DNA of 64,000 nucleotides from the NCBI GenBank assembly GCA_016124575.1, contig WGNM01000005.1, positions 20,118 to 84,117 of the forward strand. The letters are read 5' to 3'. Shown here piece by piece: positions 55,190 to 63,458 of the stretch. Position 1 is the stretch's first letter; the number at the start of each line of letters is the position of its first letter. Below the pieces are notes generated by a model. The model searched no databases, was not told the origin of the DNA, and worked only from the letters and a program-made list of their open reading frames with translations. Source of the stretch: Cryomorphaceae bacterium. Its GTDB lineage: Bacteria; Bacteroidota; Bacteroidia; Flavobacteriales_D; Sanyastnellaceae. Position numbers and translations under genes: made by a program.

Positions 55190-55603
55190 ATGAGTTACAA
55201 AGAAACAATCGGAACAAAGGAAAATCCCTTGGTACTAAAAACACCGCCTCTGTCGTCGGAATATACAATGCACGTAGACGAAAAAGACGGAAAGCAAGTT
55301 TTGGTATGTACGGTTGGAAAAACCGTTTTATTATACGACATAAATTGTCTAGATGATTTACACCAAATGCTAAAGAAACAGGGCGATTGGGTAGAGCTTG
55401 GCAGTGCAGACGAACAAAAACCTGCCAAGGTTGGAACAGTTGAGGCTTGGGGTCGTTCGGAGAGTAATCCAGTTGGGGGTTGGTACGGACTTAAAAAAGG
55501 ACTTCGTGGCAGATTTGGGATGTATATTCCACCATTAATGGAACATCTTGGACTTGCAGAAGTAACTCACCAGAAGCAAGGGAACGCCATGAAAGCGAAG
55601 TAA
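55190..55603 (+). CDS. Hypothetical conserved-looking protein
   Basis: 137-aa ORF starting 7 nt after the SRPBCC gene. No family assigned confidently (C-terminal GGWYGLKKGLRGRFGMYIPPLMEHLGLAEV). Confidence 0.45.
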   Translation: MSYKETIGTKENPLVLKTPPLSSEYTMHVDEKDGKQVLVCTVGKTVLLYDINCLDDLHQMLKKQGDWVELGSADEQKPAKVGTVEAWGRSESNPVGGWYGLKKGLRGRFGMYIPPLMEHLGLAEVTHQKQGNAMKAK

Positions 55604-56044
55604 GCACCAAACTTCAAGGTGCATTAGTTTGAGTGATGTCTGTAACAATTTGAAACGTAATGAGTATTTTTTTTGTCTATGATCACTCATTTTCGAGAAC
55701 ATTCACAGCTCCGAAACACCGTAAAAATACCCGTCGTGATTCTAAATCCTTTCTTTATTTTGGTGGTGAGAACATCACGACGCCTCAGAATTGAATATCA
55801 ACTTCAACCTCAGCAATGATTTTGAAGATTTGAATGATGATTGGTACTTCGTTTCACCATCAGAAACCAAGATTGAACTGATTGATGTGAGCGGCGGAAA
55901 TGGTGGGACAGATTATTTGACGTTTGTGAAGAATTAGTCGTTGAGATTTCAATAGAACTAGGAAAGATGCGCCAAAATATCGGTGGACTATTTTGTTTGT
56001 TTATCTTTTTATTGTGAGATTGGCATACATTAACATTAAATGCC

Positions 56045-56986
56045 ATGAAAAATCTAGTTTTCCTTCTATTCTGCTCCTTCACCACAGTCATACATGCTCA
56101 AATTGCAGATATGTTTGATACATTGGATTTTGAATCGCCGTATGAGTACATATTACTTAATAGCGATAGTGCGAACTTATGGCAAATAGGTACTCCGCAG
56201 AAGACTTGGTTGAATGACGCAACATCTGGTGTAAATGGGATTATAACCGATACTGTTGCACTTTATCCTAGCAACAATCACTCGTATTTTGACCTTCAAA
56301 TAGGCTATTTTAATAATCCAGTATTTGACTTCAATTGTTTCGTGATGTTCTCGCATAAAATGGATTCCGATACATTGCATGATGGGGGTTACCTCACAAC
56401 TTCTATGGATGGCGGTGAGACATGGAATGATGTTTTTACTCCCTTAGACTTTGGAGCCTATCAGTTAGATAATATCGATCATGAAGGAAATTTCTATTAT
56501 CAGAATTACGATACACTTTGCAATGGTGAGTCCGGGTTTTCAGGGAGACGAAATTGGGAAACGACTTTTATAGGTTGGACGGTGTATTTGGTTGAGCCAC
56601 CTACGTTAAACCCTCCCGTTATCGACACTCTTTTGGTTCGTTTTAATTTTATTTCAGATAGCCTTGATAACCAAAGAGAGGGTTGGCTGATTGACGATAT
56701 CGTACTTTGTACTATTCGTAATTCATCAATAGGTGAAAATGAACCTTTTGTAAAGTCTGTTTACCCCAACCCATCCATTTCAGGTGTCACGATTGCTTTT
56801 CTTGCCATTGAACCAGATGTCGCCCTGGAAGTGTATTCGAATGATGGTCGCCTTGTATTCACAGAAGAGTACAATGCTGTCCAGCAAATCGAATATCCCA
56901 ATGCATTTTTGGTTCCGGGCGTCTATCAGTTTGTGGTCAAAACTAAGAATGCCAGCGAAGTGCACCAAGTGGTGGTGCAGCGGTGA
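56045..56986 (+). CDS. Secreted protein with a T9SS type-A sorting domain
   Basis: Signal peptide (LLFCSFTTVIHAQ) and a C-terminal VYPNPSISGVTIAF...GVYQFVV. Confidence 0.75.
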   Translation: MKNLVFLLFCSFTTVIHAQIADMFDTLDFESPYEYILLNSDSANLWQIGTPQKTWLNDATSGVNGIITDTVALYPSNNHSYFDLQIGYFNNPVFDFNCFVMFSHKMDSDTLHDGGYLTTSMDGGETWNDVFTPLDFGAYQLDNIDHEGNFYYQNYDTLCNGESGFSGRRNWETTFIGWTVYLVEPPTLNPPVIDTLLVRFNFISDSLDNQREGWLIDDIVLCTIRNSSIGENEPFVKSVYPNPSISGVTIAFLAIEPDVALEVYSNDGRLVFTEEYNAVQQIEYPNAFLVPGVYQFVVKTKNASEVHQVVVQR

Positions 56987-57047
56987 GACACAATAATTGG
57001 CTGTTTTTTTACGTGAAATGCTAAGCTTTAAGCGTAGATTTCATCTC

Positions 57048-57668
57048 ATGAAAGTGACTCATACCTGTAAAATTGCATTCCTTATTTCGTTTTGCCTATC
57101 GGTGACGCAACTTCTTCAAGCCCAAGATTGGTTGGCTTGGAGTTTTCAATACGATTTCAAGATTGAGAGCAACAAACGCGGTGAGTACCTTTTTGAAAGC
57201 ATGGAGCTCTCCATCAATGAGCCTTTTCGTTCCGATTGGCTGATAGGTAGTGTCTTGAACTATGACGATAACACATCTGTATATTCGTTGATCTTGTCTT
57301 ATGGATGCGTGAGTTGCGGCTTCAGCGGCATGCACTTTCCGCCAGGTGTTTTTTTACGTCTATACCTGTTCGATTCCTTTGGAAAGCAACACTTCTCCAT
57401 TGTTGTTCCTATCGTGTTTGATACCATTTCTGATCCCGATAGGTTTCAGAAGATGGACACAAATGCTCAGCGAATTAACAATGGAGCGATTTATTTTGAC
57501 TTGAAAACAATCGTGTTCGAAGATTTCATGTTTTTCAATCCGAACTATATAAGATACGAAGGTATCCGCATCAACTCAGATGGCGAAGTTCACCTCTACA
57601 CTCCCGGAGAATTTGATTTTCCTCGGCCAGAGAAGCTGCGGGTGGTGGGTTTGAATGATGCACATTAA
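57048..57668 (+). CDS. Hypothetical secreted protein
   Basis: Signal peptide MKVTHTCKIAFLISFCLSVTQLLQAQ. No family recognised. Confidence 0.4.
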   Translation: MKVTHTCKIAFLISFCLSVTQLLQAQDWLAWSFQYDFKIESNKRGEYLFESMELSINEPFRSDWLIGSVLNYDDNTSVYSLILSYGCVSCGFSGMHFPPGVFLRLYLFDSFGKQHFSIVVPIVFDTISDPDRFQKMDTNAQRINNGAIYFDLKTIVFEDFMFFNPNYIRYEGIRINSDGEVHLYTPGEFDFPRPEKLRVVGLNDAH

Positions 57669-57768
57669 AGGGTACATCAGACTAGATTCGGATGAATGAA
57701 AGGCAAGAGGATGGGGTTTCAATCTATCTAGTCTGCTTTGAAGCCGTGAGTCCATCGCAAACTAAGCG

Positions 57769-58176
57769 CTAAACGACTCCCATCCACCGCTGCAAGATAA
57801 TCGTAGCACTCACCATATCGAGGTTTTTCTTGTCTCTTCGGTCTGCTTTTTTCATGCCGCCCATCACCATGGCGCTCATGGCTTCGCGGCTGCTATATGA
57901 TTCATCGACTCTGTGGACGGGGATCTGCGGGTAGCGTTTTTGCAATTCAGCAATGAATTTGGCTATCGGGGTGTCGCTATGGGCGGTGCCACCGTACATG
58001 CTGGGGTCGCCGACAACGAAATCGGTGTATTTGCCGGTGGCGATGAGGCGTTCTATAACCGTCCACAGCGTGGAGGTTTCTACGCCCTCAAGTGGACACG
58101 CGATGATTTGTAGTTCGTCGGTTTCGGCCAGTCCGGTGCGCTTTACACCGTAGTCGAAGGCTAACACTTTTCCCAT
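57769..58176 (-). CDS. ruvX: Holliday-junction resolvase-like protein RuvX (YqgF)
   Basis: 135 aa with VLAFDYGVKRTGLAETD at the N-terminus and VHRVDESYSS. Confidence 0.9.
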   Translation of the reverse strand: MGKVLAFDYGVKRTGLAETDELQIIACPLEGVETSTLWTVIERLIATGKYTDFVVGDPSMYGGTAHSDTPIAKFIAELQKRYPQIPVHRVDESYSSREAMSAMVMGGMKKADRRDKKNLDMVSATIILQRWMGVV

Positions 58177-58240
58177 TTTTCAAAGGTATGCTTTTCGTTG
58201 TTTCGCTTTGAGGGGTCTTTTTATCTTTGTCGCAAAGTAT

Positions 58241-59065
58241 ATGCTCATGATGAATGTCCGTGAAACCATTGAACACGTTTGGGAAAACAGAGAACTGCTA
58301 AAGGGAGACGAAGCCCAAAACGCCATTCGGTGGTGTATTGAAGAACTCGATAAGGGGCGTTTGCGTGTGGCAGAGCCCGATGCGGCCGGCGGCTGGCAGG
58401 TGAACGAATGGGTGAAGAAGGCCGTGGTAATGTATTTCCCTATTCAGGGGATGGAGACCTTGCATGCTGGACCCATGGAGTTTCACGATAAAATGAAGTT
58501 GAAATCGAACTACGCTGATTTGGGGGTGCGCGTTGTGCCGCATGCTGTTGCACGCTACGGTGCTTTTTTGGCGCCCGGCGTCATCATGATGCCATCGTAT
58601 GTCAACATCGGTGCGTATGTGGATAGCGGAACCATGGTAGATACCTGGGCCACCGTTGGCTCATGCGCTCAGATCGGAAAAAACGTTCACCTCAGCGGTG
58701 GCGTCGGCATAGGAGGGGTGCTCGAACCCCTGCAAGCAGCTCCGGTAGTTATTGAAGACAATTGCTTCATCGGGTCGCGCAGCATTGTGGTTGAAGGTGT
58801 CCGCATTCGCAAAGAAGCAGTTCTCGGTGCCAATGTGGTGCTCACAGCAAGTACGAAGATTATCGATGTGTCTGGGCAGTCGCCAGTTGAGCTAAAAGGT
58901 GAAATTCCAGAACGTTCGGTAGTAATACCGGGAAGCTATACGAAGTCGTTTCCGGCGGGAGATTACAATGTGAATTGTGCTCTCATCATCGGGAAACGCA
59001 AGCCTAGCACAGATTTGAAGACATCTTTGAACGATGCTTTAAGAGAGTTTCAGGTTTCTGTATGA
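58241..59065 (+). CDS. dapD: 2,3,4,5-tetrahydropyridine-2,6-dicarboxylate N-succinyltransferase
   Basis: Left-handed beta-helix hexapeptide repeats (GAYVDSGTMVDTWATVGSCAQIGKNVHLSGGVGIGGVLEP) preceded by the DapD N-terminal domain. The start is ambiguous among 58241, 58247 and 58250. Confidence 0.88.
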   Translation: MLMMNVRETIEHVWENRELLKGDEAQNAIRWCIEELDKGRLRVAEPDAAGGWQVNEWVKKAVVMYFPIQGMETLHAGPMEFHDKMKLKSNYADLGVRVVPHAVARYGAFLAPGVIMMPSYVNIGAYVDSGTMVDTWATVGSCAQIGKNVHLSGGVGIGGVLEPLQAAPVVIEDNCFIGSRSIVVEGVRIRKEAVLGANVVLTASTKIIDVSGQSPVELKGEIPERSVVIPGSYTKSFPAGDYNVNCALIIGKRKPSTDLKTSLNDALREFQVSV

Positions 59066-59117
59066 TGCACTTGAACTAAAAGAATGACAATAGTATCTTT
59101 GCCAAAACGAATAAACC

Positions 59118-59828
59118 ATGGGAAGAGCGTTTGAATACCGCCGCGCTGCGAAAGAAAAGCGTTGGGATAAGATGTCGAAATTGTTTCCGAAACTCGGAAA
59201 AGCAATCACTGTAGCCGCAAAAGAAGGCGGACCAGATCCAGAGATGAATGGTAAACTGCGGACAGCGATCTTAAACGCCAAGGCAGAGAACATGCCGAAA
59301 GACAACATCGAAGCGGCTATCAAGCGCGCCTCGGGTAAAGACGGTGCTGTGTATGATGAAACGGTGTTCGAAGGCAAAGGACCGCATGGTGTGCTGGTGA
59401 TGGTAGAATGTGCTACCGATAATAACAACCGGACCGTTGCGAACATCAAATCTTATTTCAATAAAGCGGGTGGTGGCATCGTGCCTACCGGTTCTCTTGA
59501 GTTTATGTTCAACCGTAAAGCAGTTTTTGAGTTGAATAAAACAGAGGGCTTGGATGTGGAATCGCTGGAGTTGGAATTGATTGATGCCGGACTTGAAGAG
59601 ATTGAAGCCACAGAAGATATGGTGTTCTTGTACGCCGACTACACCGATTTTGGTACGATGTCGAAGGCAGTTGAAGAACAAGGTTTGTCTGTGCACAAAT
59701 CTACCCTGCAACGCATACCAACCTCGCCGGTAGAGTTTACTGAAGAGCAACTGGTAGACATCGAAAAGATGATCGATAAGATTGAAGACGACGACGATGT
59801 GCAGGCGGTGTATACTAACATTGCTTGA
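59118..59828 (+). CDS. YebC/PmpR-family DNA-binding transcriptional regulator
   Basis: [21 protein letters not shown]... and the C-terminal [11 protein letters not shown] are diagnostic. Confidence 0.93.
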   Translation: MGRAFEYRRAAKEKRWDKMSKLFPKLGKAITVAAKEGGPDPEMNGKLRTAILNAKAENMPKDNIEAAIKRASGKDGAVYDETVFEGKGPHGVLVMVECATDNNNRTVANIKSYFNKAGGGIVPTGSLEFMFNRKAVFELNKTEGLDVESLELELIDAGLEEIEATEDMVFLYADYTDFGTMSKAVEEQGLSVHKSTLQRIPTSPVEFTEEQLVDIEKMIDKIEDDDDVQAVYTNIA

Positions 59829-59840
59829 TACACATCGCTG

Positions 59841-60827
59841 TTGAATAAAATCCTCATCATTCAAACAGCCTTTATTGGCGATGTCGTGCTGGCAACTGCC
59901 ATGCTCGAGTCGCTTCATGTTCATGCGCCGCACGCCAGTATGCATCTAGCTGTTCGAAAAGGCAATGAGTCGCTGTTCTCAAACCATCCTTTCGTGGAGA
60001 AAGTGGTTGTTTGGGATAAGAAAGGAGGGAAGTATAAAGCGTTGTTGCAGACATTGGGAAAAATCAGAAACGAGCGATACGACCTGGTTTTGAATCTGCA
60101 GCGTTATGCTTCAAGTGGATTGTTAACCGCTTTTAGCGGGGCAAAGCAGACCCGTGGGTTTTCCAAAAATCCGCTTTCGATTTTTTTCTCAAAGCGCTAC
60201 GAACACAATCTAGGCAAGGCGGGAGATGAGGTGTATGCGCACGAAATTGATCGAAACCATCGGTTGATTGTCGACTTCGCTGGAGAAAAAGCCATGATGC
60301 CCCGCATCTATCCTCCGAAAGTTGAGCTTCCAGCATCGCCATATGTGGTCATCGCTCCTGCCTCGGTGTGGTACACAAAGCAGTTTCCTGCTGAGCGGTG
60401 GGTGGAGTTGGTTGATGCGTTGACCGATTACCACGTGGTATTTGTAGGCGCTTCTGGCGATCGCGATTTGGTTGATTCCATTGTTTCACAAAGTGTGCAT
60501 GCCGATACTGCAAACCGCTGCGGAGAGCTGACGATGCTTGAAAGTGCGGCCCTCATGCGCGATGCAGCGATGACCTATTGCAACGACTCAGCGCCGCTCC
60601 ATTTCTGCTCGGCTGTGAATGCGCCGGTTACCGCCATTTTCTGTTCAACAATTCCTGAATTTGGCTTTGGTCCGCTAGGTGAAAAAGCCCATGTGGTGCA
60701 AACTCCCGAAAACCTGGCTTGTAGACCCTGCGGTGTGCATGGCTACAAAGCTTGTCCGCAAAAACACTTCGCCTGCGCCAAAGGCATCCTCATTCGCGAT
60801 TTGCTAGTCCCCTTGAACCATGGATGA
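59841..60827 (+). CDS. Glycosyltransferase family 9 (heptosyltransferase-like)
   Basis: ILIIQTAFIGDVVLATAMLESL at the N-terminus and NDSAPLHF near the C-terminus. The start codon is TTG. Confidence 0.85.
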   Translation: MNKILIIQTAFIGDVVLATAMLESLHVHAPHASMHLAVRKGNESLFSNHPFVEKVVVWDKKGGKYKALLQTLGKIRNERYDLVLNLQRYASSGLLTAFSGAKQTRGFSKNPLSIFFSKRYEHNLGKAGDEVYAHEIDRNHRLIVDFAGEKAMMPRIYPPKVELPASPYVVIAPASVWYTKQFPAERWVELVDALTDYHVVFVGASGDRDLVDSIVSQSVHADTANRCGELTMLESAALMRDAAMTYCNDSAPLHFCSAVNAPVTAIFCSTIPEFGFGPLGEKAHVVQTPENLACRPCGVHGYKACPQKHFACAKGILIRDLLVPLNHG

Positions 60828-61743
60828 GTTTCGTATAAAAACCGAAATTCCGAGCATTGATGTAGCGCTCAACCACAAAACAGTTGTGGGCTGTGTGGGT
60901 TCGTGTTTTGCGCAAGAAATAGGCACGCGATTGCGCGACAGTGGCTTCGAAGCGGCGGTCAATCCGCACGGTATATTGTTCAACCCCATCTCCATTTTAC
61001 ATTATTTCCAAATGCTTTCTGGCGTGCGTACAGCACGGATGTTGAAGTCTGCGAAGGGATGGGTGTCGCTCGATCACCACGGCATGTTGGCCAGTGAAAG
61101 CGAGGCTGATTTGTATGCGAAAATTGAAGGACTAAACGCGAACGCGAATGCCATTTTTTCTCGTTCAGATGTCTTTTGCATTACCCTTGGAACTGCGCAT
61201 GTTTGGCAGTGGAATGACGACAGCGAAGTTGTGGCCAACTGCCATAAAATACCTGCGAATTGCTTTACACGGCGGTTGGCATCGATAGAAGAAATAGTAT
61301 CTGCGATGAAGGGCTGTATGGACTTGTTTCCGGGTGCGAAGTTTGTCTTCACCGTTAGTCCGATTCGCTACACCCGCGACACCCTCGTTGGCAGCAACCG
61401 ATCGAAAGCCAGGCTTTTAGAGGCCGTGCACACGCTTGTTGAAACCACGTCGCAAGCTTTTTACTTTCCGGCGTATGAAATCGTGGTTGATGAGTTGAGA
61501 GACTATCGTTTTTACAAAGACGACATGGTGCATCCCACAGATCTGGCTGTGGAGTATGTCTTTCAGCAATTTTTATCAGCCGTGTGTGATGTCCAAACAG
61601 TAGGTGTTGCCTCCGACATCCGACGTTTAAGTCGCGCATTGCATCACAGAGCATTGACTAGTTCAACATCCGCCGCTGAGGCGCAAGAAAAAGCGAAATT
61701 GGAGATTGCACAGAAAGTAGAAGAGGAGAGGAGCAAGCGTTAG
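60820..61743 (+). CDS. GSCFA-domain protein
   Basis: Contains the eponymous GSCFA motif (VGCVGSCFAQEIG). It overlaps the GT9 gene by 8 nt. Confidence 0.85.
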   Translation: MDEFRIKTEIPSIDVALNHKTVVGCVGSCFAQEIGTRLRDSGFEAAVNPHGILFNPISILHYFQMLSGVRTARMLKSAKGWVSLDHHGMLASESEADLYAKIEGLNANANAIFSRSDVFCITLGTAHVWQWNDDSEVVANCHKIPANCFTRRLASIEEIVSAMKGCMDLFPGAKFVFTVSPIRYTRDTLVGSNRSKARLLEAVHTLVETTSQAFYFPAYEIVVDELRDYRFYKDDMVHPTDLAVEYVFQQFLSAVCDVQTVGVASDIRRLSRALHHRALTSSTSAAEAQEKAKLEIAQKVEEERSKR

Positions 61744-61744
61744 G

Positions 61745-61769
61745 ATAAAAAAAAGGGCCCGGAGGCCCT
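61745..61769 (-). terminator. Rho-independent terminator (best on the minus strand, possibly bidirectional)
   Basis: Stem AGGGCC/GGCCCT (61754-61769) with loop CGGA. The run of nine A at 61746-61754 upstream gives a T-run after the hairpin on the minus strand. Confidence 0.7.
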
Positions 61770-61789
61770 CTTAATATGGGGAATGTTTT

Positions 61790-62134
61790 TTATTCGCAGT
61801 TCAGACCAACGCAGATTTCTCCGTTTTGGCGGTTGCTAACCATTTTGATTGATTGATCAGCTTGCAGAGGCGATGCGTGGTATTCGCCAATGTTTCCTGC
61901 ATCGTTTTTCGCAATGAAATTGATAGAGATCAACTTGTTGTTGCTGTCCCATTTGATATCTGTGTATCGAATCTCAACTCCAGCAGCAATCAATTCAACT
62001 CGCATATTAGCTAACTCCATGCGCGTTGTTTCTGGAGTAATGGTGGCAGCAATTTTTTCATCTGTGATAGAAACTTGTGCCGATGCGCCCATTCCAATTA
62101 GGGCAAAGAATGCGAAAGTAAGTAAGTGCTTCAT
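61790..62134 (-). CDS. Small hypothetical secreted protein
   Basis: Start chosen at MKHLLTFAFFALIGMGASAQ (signal peptide). No family recognised. Confidence 0.5.
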   Translation of the reverse strand: MKHLLTFAFFALIGMGASAQVSITDEKIAATITPETTRMELANMRVELIAAGVEIRYTDIKWDSNNKLISINFIAKNDAGNIGEYHASPLQADQSIKMVSNRQNGEICVGLNCE

Positions 62135-62328
62135 GAATGGGTATTTTGATGCAATATAATGAAACGGTTTAGAACGCTCCAAATATTAGATGCAATATGC
62201 AGGAAAAAGGTTGCTTCTTGAATTTTGAAAAGCGATTTAAACGTTTAAGTTCGTAAAAAAGCAGGCAATGCTTTCATCCATCCTTATGTAAAGCATATAT
62301 TTGTCGCACTTTTAAACGATTGTGCACC

Positions 62329-63456
62329 ATGAAATTCGTCGTTGCAAGCGATAAACTCTACAAACATCTGCAAGTATTAAGCGGTGTGTTAAACAATAAC
62401 AACACCTTGCCGATACTTGACAACTTCCTTTTTGAGCTGGAAGCAGGAAAAGCTACAATTTCAGCATCTGACCTGGAGACTACCATGACTACGAGTTTGG
62501 AGGTTCTAACAGAAGATGCAGGCAGCATTGCTATACCTGCGCGTATTTTGCTCGACACCTTGAAATCGTTCGGTAGTTCGTCTATCCCTTTGAACTTTAA
62601 AGTGGAAGAGAAGACGTTGGCCGTTGAGGTAACAAGCGAACAAGGAAAGTACAAATTGTCGGGAGCCAATGGTTCTGAATTCCCAAAGGCGCCACCTATA
62701 GAAGGTGAAAAGTCTTTTGAAATCGACGGCTACATACTCTCTACAGCTATCAACCGCACGCTTTTCGCTGCTGGTAACGACGATCTTCGTCCGGTTATGA
62801 GTGGTTTGTTCTTCGAAATTCACGAAGACAGTTTGCATTTTGTGGCTACCGATGCGCATCGTTTGGTGCGATACTCGCGCGCAGATGTGAAGGCAGGTGA
62901 GGCTGGATCATGCATCATACCGCGCAAACCGTTGAACTTGTTGAAAGGCATTACAACGTCGGCAGAGAGTTTGGTTGAGGTGAAATACACCGAGAGCAAC
63001 ATTCACTTTGCATTCGACAACATCCGTTTGATGTGTCGTTTGATCGACGGAAAATACCCGAACTACGAAGCGGTTATTCCAAAAGAGAATCCAAATAAGC
63101 TTACCGTGAATCGCGAGCAATTGCTACAGTCGATTCGCCGTGTGAGCATCTTCGCAAATAAAACAACCCACCAGGTTCGATTGAAGATAGCGGGCAGTGA
63201 ACTGCATGTTTCTGCTGAAGACTTAGATTTTTCGAACTCAGCGATTGAGCGTATGTCGTGTTCTTATGTTGGAGACGATATGGAGATAGGGTTTAACAGT
63301 CGTTTTTTGATGGACATGCTTTCGAACCTCGATGGTTCAGAAGTAGTGATTGAGATGAGCGCTCCTAACAGAGCTGGAATCCTTGTCCCAGCCGAGAAAA
63401 CCGATGATGCAGAAGATATCTTGATGCTTGTGATGCCAGTGATGCTGAACAACTAA
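62329..63456 (+). CDS. dnaN: DNA polymerase III beta sliding clamp
   Basis: 375 aa. MKFVVASDKLYKHLQVLSGVLNNNNTLPILDNFLFEL..., LVATDAHRL-like (FVATDAHRLVRY), and C-terminal LVMPVML. Confidence 0.95.
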   Translation: MKFVVASDKLYKHLQVLSGVLNNNNTLPILDNFLFELEAGKATISASDLETTMTTSLEVLTEDAGSIAIPARILLDTLKSFGSSSIPLNFKVEEKTLAVEVTSEQGKYKLSGANGSEFPKAPPIEGEKSFEIDGYILSTAINRTLFAAGNDDLRPVMSGLFFEIHEDSLHFVATDAHRLVRYSRADVKAGEAGSCIIPRKPLNLLKGITTSAESLVEVKYTESNIHFAFDNIRLMCRLIDGKYPNYEAVIPKENPNKLTVNREQLLQSIRRVSIFANKTTHQVRLKIAGSELHVSAEDLDFSNSAIERMSCSYVGDDMEIGFNSRFLMDMLSNLDGSEVVIEMSAPNRAGILVPAEKTDDAEDILMLVMPVMLNN

Positions 63457-63458
63457 GA

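Noticed and set aside
27395-57688. The shared heptamer CTAGATT at both array edges, considered as direct-repeat att sites.
   Set aside because: Seven nucleotides are expected by chance many times in 64 kb, and there is no extended flanking similarity.
62183-62328. A replication origin next to dnaN.
   Set aside because: No dnaA gene is in the window, and I saw no TTATCCACA-type DnaA boxes or AT-rich unwinding repeats in the dnaN upstream region.
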